This document shows positions 13,123 through 23,800 of a stretch of DNA of 64,000 bases, piece by piece; the stretch's first letter is position 1, and the number at the start of each line of letters is the position of its first letter. This DNA comes from Raja brachyura (taxonomy: Eukaryota). Where the stretch lies: positions 21,700,001-21,764,000 of the forward strand of contig OY740805.1 in NCBI GenBank assembly GCA_963514005.1, read 5' to 3'. The notes beneath the pieces were generated by a model, which saw only the letters and a program-made list of their open reading frames with translations, had not been told where the DNA came from and ran no database searches. The position numbers and the translations under genes are program-made.

Positions 13123-16100
13123 TTAGTGTTCATAGCTTGTTTTGGGTGGGGGTTGGGAGATGGAGGAAACTTTTTCTAATCTCTTACCTCGATGTAGAAG
13201 CGATTTTTTTTTGGTATCGTATCTCCGGCCACACTGGGGCCTAACATCGAGGTGTTGGCGGCCTTTGCTTTTTTTTTAAGTGTGACTATATTGTAATCTG
13301 AATTTCATTGAACCTTAATTGGTACATGTGACAATAAACTGACCTTGAAACCTTGAAAAAGATGTGGGATTTTCTGTAATCCGACTCGCCAAAGCCACTT
13401 TGTGGCCTCTATTGTCCCCTTTAGTTTTAAGCTTTAGAGATACAGCACAGAAACAGGCCCTTCAGCCCACACTGGGGACAATTTACATTTATTCTAAGCC
13501 GATTTACCTACATACCTGTACGTCTTTGGAGTGTGGGAGGAAACCGAAGGTCTCGGAGAAAACCCACGCAGTCATGGGGAGAGCGTACAAGCTCCTTACA
13601 GGCAACACCCGTAGTCAGGATCAAAGGCGGGTCTCCAACGCTGCAGGTGCTGCAAGGCAGCAACTCTCCAGCTGTGCCACTGTGCCACCCTCTACTCACC
13701 CACTCGAGTTATTCCCTCCTTTCTTTACATTCCTCATAGCTCCTGCCTGATTCCATCCTCCTGATCCTTACATGCACTTTCTTTTTGTTTCTTTCTAGTT
13801 AAGTTTATCACCTTTTTGGTTATGCAAGCTTCCATTCCTTTGCCATTCTCATCCTTCCTCACACTGGAACTGGTGATTAAATAACTCATACATAAGTCAT
13901 GGGAGTCACGGTAACAGGACAATGTACCAGGACATTGTAACATGTGCATATCCATTCCACCTGTGCTTATAATGCAGAATACTTCCTACTTTCAATGGGA
14001 TTTTCTGCCAATAATATAAACCACCTGATTGCCACATGCATGAAGTCAACACAATTTAAGAAGGACACAAGATAGACACCAGAAGCTGGAGTCACTCAGC
14101 ATCTCAGGTGAAAAGGAATGTGACATTTTGGTGGCAGGTGTGAAGGAGGTCTCAACCAGAAACATCATCTATTCCCTTTCTCCAGACTTGCTGCCTGACC
14201 CACTGAGTGACTCCAGCTTTGTGTGTTAATCTTCGGTTTCAATCAGCATCCGCAGTTCCTTCCTAAAATTAAGAAAGACACAACGTGTTGGGGTAACTCA
14301 GCAGGTCAGGCATCATCTCTGGATAATCCACAGGCTACGATCTTTAGGTCCATCTGCTTGCCGTTTCCTAGGAAACTGTTCCTGATTAATCTGTTCAGTG
14401 CCACTCCCGGGTATACTCGGGTCATGGCCAATAGTGAAATAAAAACGTGGCAGCAACAGATTAACAAGGTGTGGACAGAATGTGGGGACTTCAGTACAAG
14501 TTTTTGATCCAAGACCAGGTGAGAGAGAGGGGGAAGACAGAGGGGGGAGAGAGAAGGGGGAGAGAGGGAAGAGGGGAGACGGGAGCGTGGGGTTCATTTT
14601 CCCCACACAAGCCATAGGTGAATGGGTGATCCGAACCCAAGCACCAAGTTGAAAGCGGCCGAAGGTGCGCACCCCTCGAATCAGCCCCCAATCTCCCACG
14701 ACCACACTCTGCGGGCTGCGGGTCGGATGGAGCCGAGATGTGGGACAATGTTCATCCGTTCACAGTGATGTGATGGACGCGGGGGTCTGGACCAATCGCT
14801 GACAAGTCCCGCCCCCGGCAACGTCAAGACCATTATTGGACTGGTCTGTTGAGCGGTAGTCGGTCCTTTAGCTTGGAGGTGATGCCGCCTTTCGGATAGG
14901 TGGTGTTTCGACAGAGCAGCCATTCGGTAAGTTTGCTTTTGGCGATGCAGCTTTTCGGCTCGTTGGCTTTTAGGCGTCCCACCCTTTTGGTTACTTTGTG
15001 TTTAGGCGTCCCATCCTTTCGGTTAGTAGGGGTTTCGTCTTCGTCTTCATTCGGTTTATTGGCGTTTCGGCCTCATTTCTATTCGGTTCTTTGGCTTCGA
15101 CGTCTTTGCTTCAGCTTCTCGTCCGTCAGTGCCACGTCCGGGTACCGGACCAAGGGTCTGGTAGAATCTCCACATAGTGAGAGGGAGCTGTGTTACCCCT
15201 TCTACTTTGCTCCCGCTTCCCAAAGAGGAAAATGGAAGGACGAGGAGCATGACATGGACAATGGAAGCATGGAAACAGGCACTTCGGCCCAGCCAGTCCG
15301 CACTGACCAGTGATACCCGCACATTAACATTATCCCACACACACTAGGGACAATTTATATTTATATAAAGCCAATTAGCCTACAAACCTGTATGTCTTTC
15401 AAGTGTGGGAGGAAACCAAGATCTCTGAGAAACCTCAAGCGGTCACGGGGAAAAAGTACAACCTCCATACAGACAGCAGGCTTGTACCTTGGTCTATGGC
15501 ACTTTGAGGCAGCAATATGTTTACAAAAGTTGGAAGAATTATGCCTGTGGCAGAAACACCACTGCAGAATCCCAACCTGATCCTATCTTATGGATGGCTC
15601 TTCCTATCAGAGAACCTGGAATTAAGATGAAAGGAAAGAAACCCTGGATCTATGCCCCAGGTGTGAAATAAGCTCATATTTGTTACAAGGACAATTATTT
15701 CGTATAGGTTAGAGATAAAGCATGAAAACAGGCCCTTCAGCCCACTGTACCCACATTGACCAGCAATCTCTGTACATCAGCACAATCCTACATACGAGGT
15801 ACAATCTACAATTTTTACCGAAGCCAATTAACCTACAAACATGTGTGTCTTTGGAGTGTTGGAGGAAACTGGAGCACCCAGAGAAAACCCTCACATTCAC
15901 AGGGAAAATGTACAAGCTCCGTACTGATAGCACCCGGAGTCAGGATCGAACCCAGGTTTCTGGAGCTGTGAAGCAGCAGCTCCACCGCTGTGCCACCACG
16001 CTACCCTGTTGTCATTAGTATTGTGCGCTGAAATGTTTCCATCAGTGATTATGGCAACTCTCTCCAAACCTGTATACATTTTCAGTAGACCAAGCAGTTC

Positions 16101-16495
16101 CTCGTTCCACCTTATTAGGCTGAGTTATTGGATGGCTGAACTCTTTTGGGAACCTCCTTAGTGCAAGTTTGATTTAGTTTAGTTTAGAGATACAGTGCAG
16201 AAACAGGCCCTTCAGCCCACGGAGTCTGCACCAACCAGTGATCCCAACACATTAACAATATCCTACACGCACTGGGGACTATTTACATTTATACCGAGCC
16301 AATTAACCTACAAACCTGTACGCCTTTGGAGCGTGTGTGGAAACTGAAGATAGCGGGGAAAACCCACACAGATCACGGTGAGAATGTGAATGTAAATCTT
16401 GAATCAACACTGTAAAATGGTTCTGTGAAGGGAAAATGGAGGTCAGGCGAACTGGGTTGAAACTTAAAATGTCTGCTGACCAAAGTTGCTGACTA

Positions 16496-16685
16496 CACAA
16501 AAAGCTGGAGAAACTCAGCGGGTGCAGCAGCATCTAAGGAGCGAAGGAGATAGGCGACGTTTCGGGTTTTCTACCCGAAACGTCGCCTATCTCCTTCGCT
16601 ACTTAGATGCTGCTGCACCCGCTGAGTTTCTCCAGCTTTTTGTGTAACCCTCGATTCTCCAGCATCTGCAGTTCCTTCTTTAACA
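16496..16685. mobile_element. Palindromic PLE pLTR derivative with 15-bp TSD
   Basis: 74-bp inverted arms (16494-16567 and 16573-16646, one mismatch) plus a tail of about 39 nt; TSD CAAAGTTGCTGACTA at 16481-16495 and 16686-16700; near-identical to 59960-60033. Confidence 0.9.
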
Positions 16686-17035
16686 CAAAGTTGCTGACTA
16701 TGTGGCTGCAGGTTTCAGAAAGTTGTGATCCTGAGAAATACACATTATCCTGCTGATGCTGATCTGCTGATCGCTACTTTCATATTCCTCGCACCCGTCT
16801 GATTGAGGTGGCTGATTTTCAGAAGGCTGAAGAATATGCAAACCACTGGCTCCCGAAAGTCTGAGAAATGTCCCTGTCTTAGCTCTAGTGTTGTTCCACT
16901 AATTAACATCTCCCATTGTGTACGTGCCTGTTATCATGACCATTGTGTACAGGTCTGTTGGTTAATTGGGTAATGTGGGAGGGGCTAAACGGTGGCATTA
17001 ACATATATAAAGCATTGGGGTTGGACAAGCCCAAG

Positions 17036-17727
17036 TCTTAAGGGGTTGGACAAGCTAGATGCTGGAAGATTGTTCCCGATGTTGGGGGAGTCCAGAACAA
17101 GGGGTCACAGTCTAAGGATAAGGTGGAATTCCTTTAGGACCGAAATGAGGAAAACATTCTTTACACAGAGAGTGGTGAGTCTCTGGAATTCTCTGCCACA
17201 GAAGGTAGTTGAGGCCAGTTCATTGGCTATATTTAAGAGGGCGTTAGATGTGGCACGAGTGGCTAAAGGGATCATAGAAACATAGAAACATAGAAAATAG
17301 GTGCAGGAGTAGGCCATTCGGCCCTTCGAGCCTGCACCGCCAATCAATGTGATCATGGCTGATCATCCAACTCAGTATCCCGTACCTGCCTTCTCTCCAT
17401 ACCCCCTGATCCCTTTAGCCACAAGTGCCACATCTAATGCCCTCTTAAATATAGCCAATGAACTGGCCTCAACTACCTTCTGTGGCAGAGAATTCCAGAG
17501 ACTCACCACTCTCTGTGTAAAGAATGTTTTCCTCATTTCGGTCCTAAAGGAATTCCCCCTTATCCTTAGACTGTGACCCCTTGTTCTGGAATCAGGGTGT
17601 ATGGAGAGAAGGCAGGTACGGGATACTGAGTTGGATGATCAGCCATGATCACATTGAATGGCGGTGCAGGCTTGAAGGGCCGAATGGCCTACTCCTGCAC
17701 CTATTTTCTATGTTTCTATGTTTCTAT
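17036..17727 (+). mobile_element. CR1 3' end containing a near-identical antisense CR1 copy (17274-17590)
   Basis: Matches 40796-41168; (TTTCTATG)n tail at 17727 and inverted tail at 17274; ATC duplicated at both junctions. Confidence 0.92.
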
Positions 17728-18212
17728 TGCAATTAAGGGCAGAGAGCTTGACTCTTTGCTAGGTTGTTAACCTGTGTGGAGACTCCTGCTCAATAAACGT
17801 ACGTTTAAAGTGACCCCGGTGCCTGGTCGATTATTGTCGAAACAACCGATGTGAGAGAAAAACGTGAATCAACAAGAACGTACAAACTCCGTACAGAGAC
17901 CACTCATAGCCAGAATCAAACCCACGTCTGTGGCGTTGCAAGTGCTGTAAGGCAGCAACTCTACCACTGTGCCACCGTGCAGCACAATCTCTTGGCTTTG
18001 TTTATAATTATGATCATGTATTAATCTTATATTGTGTTTTTTTTTTTTGCTTTTTGCTTATAAACAAATGTAAAGCTGCACATAAGGTTAGATCCTTTCA
18101 AGCTCCGAGCTGCCCCTTTCACCACAAAAGTGCTTCCTATTTTTAGAGAAACATGGATATAATAAGGCTCACCCCTCATGGGCATTGAAGGCTTTCTCCA
18201 ATATATGCAGAC

Positions 18213-19073
18213 TGTGGCTCATCTAAGACGGTGTGCCCACATTGATTTAATTTATGTGATGGTGTATTGGCAGTTTATAAGGTGCAGCAGTGAGGGGGAA
18301 CCTCTGTGTTACTCCAGTTGCTGCGGGGACTGGAAACAGCAAGGCACTCCCCCCCCCCCCCCCCCCCCCCCATCTCAGCAGAAGCAACCTGGGGATGAAT
18401 TAAGATGCACTGTGTCCTCATTTGCCTTCTCACACCTGCTTTTATACAGGTTGGTAGACTGTCAGGACCACACAAATATGCACTTTTGGGGTTTGAATAT
18501 GGTTGGGTGAAGTTTCTGTGTTGTTTTGGGTGTTAAGAAAGTTGAAGTTAGTGGGTTACTGGTTGTTAATGTTTCTGTGTGCTGGGTTGGAAGATATAAT
18601 AATGTGTAGCATGGGCATGTTTCTTATTAGGTCATTCCATAACCTGTGATGGTTGCAGACATTGCAATGAGGATATGGCATAGAAAAAAAAGGCCAAATG
18701 TCAACTTTTAGCATGTTGCTGGAAATGTACAGTGAAGGTTAATTAAGTGCCTAACAATATTTATTGAAGTGTAAAATCAAAAATACAAGTGTGTAAATCG
18801 CACAGAGAGTGTATTGAGTACAAGGGAAACATAGGAAAGAATGGGCTGTGAGTGAAACTGTAACAAAATGGGTGTGTTAGGGAGAGACAAAATGGATGAC
18901 TGAACCAATGATAAGAGCAATGTTTTGTGTTTACATGATTATTGAATAAAACAACCAGCAGAAGCAACCTGGGGATGAATTAAGATGCACTGTGTCCTCA
19001 TTTGCCTTCTCACACCTGCTTTTATACAGGTTATCTATCTGCTTTACGGTGCCCAACCTTGGGACCCGTAACA
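18213..19073 (+). repeat. 5' LTR (861 bp)
   Basis: Direct repeat of 25711-26577; about 9 substitutions by eye plus a poly-C length difference; AATAAA at 18945. Confidence 0.97.
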
Positions 19074-19078
19074 GATCG

Positions 19079-19096
19079 TGGGAGCTCGTCCGGGAT
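19079..19096 (+). promoter_or_regulatory. Primer binding site, tRNA-Pro type
   Basis: TGGGAGCTCGTCCGGGAT matches the classic tRNA-Pro PBS TGGGGGCTCGTCCGGGAT at 17/18 positions, 5 nt downstream of the LTR end. Confidence 0.9.
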
Positions 19097-19255
19097 CGGC
19101 GCCACTTCGTGGTTGGAGTGGAGCTGATCAACTAATGACACCTGAGACCGAGACAGGGCTGATTCGAGCTGAGTGCCGAGAGCGGTGAGTCAGAGCAGAG
19201 ACTGTGCCATTGCTGAACTGTGATCCATCGTGAAAGACGGTGAAAAGCTGCTGCC

Positions 19256-20848
19256 ATGTCAGAGAGTGGGAGGAAGAGCCTAGTGTGGGACATTCGGAAG
19301 TCACTGCTCACCTTGTCAGCTGCAGAGCTTTTTCACATCGCCAAAGAGATGGGTTCAACGCCAGATTGGGACCTGTCTGAACTCCATGAAGGAGACCATG
19401 AAGGCTGCTTCGACAAAATCAGTTCATTCATGTACAGTAAGCATTTGTTAGAGTCAGAAGACAGTGGAATGTCTGAATTGTTGGGTTTGAAAGATGCTAT
19501 TGATGATATTGTAAAGACCCGAAAAGTATTGTGTTTGCCAGAGCTAGAAATACAACCCATAGGTGCTCACGGAGATACTACTAACCAAATGTTCCAAGTC
19601 AGTTCTACTTTGCCAAACAGTGATGCTTTCACCACTGACCCAGTACTACCTACTGCTGTATCTGACTCCACAAACGCAGAGTTACTCGAAATGCTCACTA
19701 GCTATGAGGAGCTTGGTAAAAGGCTGAAACAAAGCATTATGGTACCGACAACTCAGTCACCAGAAGACTGTCCGCCAGTAGCAGCACAGGCTAATAAGTC
19801 TCAAAGTGACTCATCATACCACAACCCGACAGTTGTTCAACCCAATCGAGAGGGGATGATTTCCATAAGAGATCTCGCCTATCTCCAGAGAAGGGAGTTT
19901 AAGGTACAAGGGGGCCAGGTTGGTGATCATTCGTCAGACATCAGTTATAGCAATGTCTGTAAGCAAATAGAAGAAGGGATCAAAGAAGGCTTCCATGATG
20001 CAGAGATAGTTCGTGGTGTGCTCCGGATAATGAAACCTGGAATTTTTAAAGAGATGCTAATGAACAAGGATGACTTGACTGTGATGGAACTCAAGGGATT
20101 TCTCCAGGCTCACCTAAGAGAAAAAAGCAGTGCAGAGTTATTCCAAGAGTTAATATGTGCCAAGCAGGAGGAGAACGAGACACCACAACAATTCCTCTAT
20201 CGTGTCATAGGTTTGCAGCAACGTGTCCTATTCACATCAAAACTGTCAAACGCAGGTATAAAATACAGTGCAGCTACTGTTCAAGATGGCTTCCTACATA
20301 CAGTTTACCAGGGATTAGGCTACAAACAATCTGAGCTACGCAGAGAAATAAAACCTCTCTTGTCCAGTGGTGAAGTAAGTGATGAGACAATATTGCGCCA
20401 GGTAATGAAAATCACCAGTGAAGAAAGTGAGAGACAAAAGAGGATAGGTCCTTTTCGTCGGCAGGCTGCAGTTCATGCACATGGTGCACAGTTTGAGCCG
20501 AATACAGCAAAAGAACAGGGTAGCAAGCAAGAGAGTGTGGCGCCAAAAGTAAAGACAGACCCAATTAAAGAGCTTACAGCCAAGGTAGATGAGCTCACAA
20601 GTATGATTGAGGCCATGAAACGACAAATTAAGCCACAACCAACAGATGTGAGGAACCAATATTCTCAATATAAAATGAGACCCAGGAGAGATAAATCATA
20701 CGGTTGTCCAAAATGTGTTGAACAAAACCGCCCAGACTCTAACCATTGTTTCTCATGTGGCGAGGAAGGCCACAGAGCTGTTGGCTGCTTAAAGAAACAG
20801 AAGAGTCAGGGAAACTTGCACCGGTCGCTGCAGGGGGGCGCCCAGTGA
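19256..20848 (+). CDS. gag: Gypsy Gag polyprotein, 530 aa, intact
   Basis: Long ORF after the PBS, capsid-like QEENETPQQF motif, C-terminal CCHC knuckle CFSCGEEGHRAVGC. Confidence 0.93.
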   Translation: MSESGRKSLVWDIRKSLLTLSAAELFHIAKEMGSTPDWDLSELHEGDHEGCFDKISSFMYSKHLLESEDSGMSELLGLKDAIDDIVKTRKVLCLPELEIQPIGAHGDTTNQMFQVSSTLPNSDAFTTDPVLPTAVSDSTNAELLEMLTSYEELGKRLKQSIMVPTTQSPEDCPPVAAQANKSQSDSSYHNPTVVQPNREGMISIRDLAYLQRREFKVQGGQVGDHSSDISYSNVCKQIEEGIKEGFHDAEIVRGVLRIMKPGIFKEMLMNKDDLTVMELKGFLQAHLREKSSAELFQELICAKQEENETPQQFLYRVIGLQQRVLFTSKLSNAGIKYSAATVQDGFLHTVYQGLGYKQSELRREIKPLLSSGEVSDETILRQVMKITSEESERQKRIGPFRRQAAVHAHGAQFEPNTAKEQGSKQESVAPKVKTDPIKELTAKVDELTSMIEAMKRQIKPQPTDVRNQYSQYKMRPRRDKSYGCPKCVEQNRPDSNHCFSCGEEGHRAVGCLKKQKSQGNLHRSLQGGAQ

Positions 20849-20869
20849 TCGGATCTGAGAAACGTCCCC
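20809..20869 (+). promoter_or_regulatory. -1 programmed ribosomal frameshift signal (G GGA AAC plus H-type pseudoknot)
   Basis: Slippery heptamer 20809-20815 in the gag frame, pol in the -1 frame, 5-nt spacer, stem 20821-20830/20843-20852, loop GGGGGCG complementary to CGTCCCC at 20863-20869. Confidence 0.85.
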
Positions 20870-23800
20870 AAACTCAAACTGATTGTGATGACAACAATAC
20901 AGATCTTCCTTTGTCCACCACTTCAGAAGTAGCGAGCACACAGTACAATGACAAACAAAGCAAATCATCTTCTCAGTTCTCTTTTGAACCACAATGTACC
21001 AAACGTAAAGCTGTCGCCAACATGATAGGAAAGAAGGCTCTGATACAATGTAATCCAAGTGGTTTGGCGGTAACTGCATTGCTTGACTCGGGCGCACAAG
21101 TTAGTATTATCAGCCGTGCCTGGAAAGATCTACACCTGCCTGATCTAAACATTCGACCAATGTCTGAGATCATTGAGGAACTGGATGAGCTAAAGGTTTA
21201 TGCAGTCAATGGAGAGCTCATTCCTTTTGATGGATGGGTTCCTATAATGACCAACCTACCTGGGAATGAGGACCCAAGTCTTGCCATCAGTGTCCCATTC
21301 TTAGTTAGCAGCTTGACCATGGAAAGACCGTTGATTGGTTTTAATGTTCTTGAGCAGCTTGTTGAGGGACAGCCAGAAAGGTTAGTACCTACTCTGATAC
21401 AGTTGTTTCAGAATGCCATTGGTGTTTCAAGTGAGAAAGCCGAAGCAGTGGTGAGTTTTATTCAGACAGTGGAGCCAAGTATGCCACAAGGACTGGTGCA
21501 AAGGACGTGGTCGTTCCAGCTGGACAAGTCAGCTGGGTGAGATGCCGGGTTCCCCCAACCATGAACTCCTATGGCCGTCTGGTATTGTTCGAATCAGACG
21601 AAGGCAGTCAGCCTTTGGATCAGCTAGATCTAGGAGCAGGTTTGGTTGAAATGCAGAATCCTTTAAAACCGTATGTCACCATTGCTGTTGGCAACAACAC
21701 CAGCCATGACATTATCTTGCCACGTAAGACAGCCCTGGGCACCTTACAGCATATTGAAAGGGTTGTGGAAGCTGACCCTCCAAGAAAAGTGGCATCCATG
21801 ACAACAGTCAACGAGGTCACCTCTCAACTTCATCAACCAACTCCATCACTGTGGCATCCGCTCGTGAACCTTGATCACCTGGAGGAAAATCAGCAAGAGG
21901 TTGTCAGGAAAATGTTATTTGAGGAGTCAAAAGCCTTTGCCAGAGATGAAAATAATATTGGATGCAACCCAAGCCTGCAAATGGTGATAAATCTGAAAGA
22001 TGACATTCCTGTGCAGAGAGCGTACACATCCATCCCAAAACCGCTGTTGAGAGAAGTAAAGGAATATGTTCAAGACCTCCTTGTCAAGGGATGGATTGTG
22101 AAATCTAGGTCCTCCTATGCCGCTCCAGTTGTGTGTGTGCGGAAGAAAGACGGTACGCTGCGCCTCTGCATAGATTATCGTCTATTGAATCAGAAAACGG
22201 TGCCGGATAGACACCCACTGCCTCGAATACGAGACTTGCTGGACACCTTGGGTGGTTACTCGTGGTTTAGCATCCTTGACCAGGGTAAGGCCTACCACCA
22301 GGGTTTCGTGGCTGAAAGTTCACGTCATCTCACTGCTTTCATCACACCCTGGGGGTTTTATGAGTGGGTAAGGATCCCGTTGGCCTATCAAACGCGCCAG
22401 CAGCATTCCAGAGAAGTATGGAGGAGATGTTGAGTTCGCTGAGGGATGAGTGCTGTATACCCTACCTCGATGACATCCTCTGCTACTCGCGGTCATTTGA
22501 AGATCATGTGGAAGTGGTCCGCAAGGTTCTCCAAGCTTTGCAACATCAAGGGGTAAAGCTCCGATCTGAAAAGTGTGAGTTGTTCAAGCAAAAGGTTCGC
22601 TATGTTGGCCGCCTTGTCTCTGCTAACGGTATTCGAGTTGATCCCAAGGACCTGAATGCTGTGCTGGCTTTGAAAGACAAAACACCACAGACGGTAGGTG
22701 ATTTGAGAAGGGTTCTCGGTTTTCTCAGTTACTACAGGACATACGTTCAAAACTTCTCAAAGATAGCAAAGCCATTGTATGAGATGCTCCAAGGGAAATC
22801 CTCAATTCAAGTCCAGTCGCGACAAGGTAAAGCCAAGGGACCCCAACTGTCATCCAGGGCACCCATACAGTGGACTGCTGAACATCAAAGTGTACTCGAG
22901 AGACTGATTGACATGTTGACACATCCACCGGTTTTGGCATACCCAAACTTCGACAGGCCTTTCGTCTTGCATACCGATGCATCAGAGCAAGGTCTAGGAG
23001 CTGTTCTCTACCAGCAACAGGAGGGAAAGCTACGAGTCATTGGGTATGGGTCACGGACTTTGGCAGCTGCAGAGAGGAACTACCATATGCATAGTGGCAA
23101 GTTGGAGTTCCTTGCACTTAAGTGGGCAGTGTGCGAGAAATTTAGGGACTACCTCTATTATGCTCCACACTTTACCATCTTCACTGACAACAACCCACTT
23201 ACTTACATCATGAGCACTGCCAAACTCAATGCGGTTGGTCACCGGTGGGTGGGAGAACTGTCAGACTTCCATTTTGACATCAGGTACAGACCAGGAAGAG
23301 TCAACACGGACGCAGATACCCTGTCCCGAGTCCCTCTTGATATTGACCAGTACATGTCAACATGCACAGAGGAGTTGTCGCAGGATGTAGTGAATGCAGC
23401 TTGGGAAGGAAGTCAAGCAGCCCAGAGGAAAGATGTGGCATGGATAGCCGCTCTCGCTGTCTCCTCTCAAGATGTTGTCCTACAGCCCCGCGCCCCTCTA
23501 CACAGCATTAGTCATGACGACTTGGTCCAAGCTCAAAGAGAGGATCCCGAGATAGGAAAGATCTTAAAGCTCAAAGAGATGAACAGTAAATTGACAGACG
23601 ACATCAGAAGGACTGTGAGGGGAAGCGCATGCAAGCTTCTGCATGAGTGGAGCAGGTTGGACATCGAGGATGGGTTGCTGTACCGAAGAACAACAAGTAG
23701 GAAACAATTAGTACTACCTCTGAAATACCACCCTGTGGTATTAAAGCACCTCCACGACAACATGGGACATGTGGGCATGGAGAGAGTTCTTCACCTCGCC

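Larger units (their letters stand above)
16385..17874 (+). mobile_element. Solo LTR (about 590 bp once insertions are removed) inserted in a SINE
   Basis: TG...CA ends, 4-bp TSD AGAA (16381-16384 and 17875-17878) splitting a minus-strand SINE; TATATAAA near 17004 and AATAAA near 17792. Confidence 0.8.

Noticed and set aside
14070-14310. Recurring GCTGGAGTAACTCAGC units as a CRISPR-like array
   Set aside because: Eukaryotic DNA; the units are dispersed PLE pLTR fragments without regular spacers.
16889-17846. Shorter solo-LTR boundaries TGTTGTT...ACAAC
   Set aside because: No TSD; the wider boundaries 16385-17874 give TG/CA ends and an AGAA TSD that restores the host SINE.
18178-18510. 110-aa proline-run ORF repeated at 25679-26014
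   Set aside because: Artefact of the LTR poly-C tract and LTR duplication.
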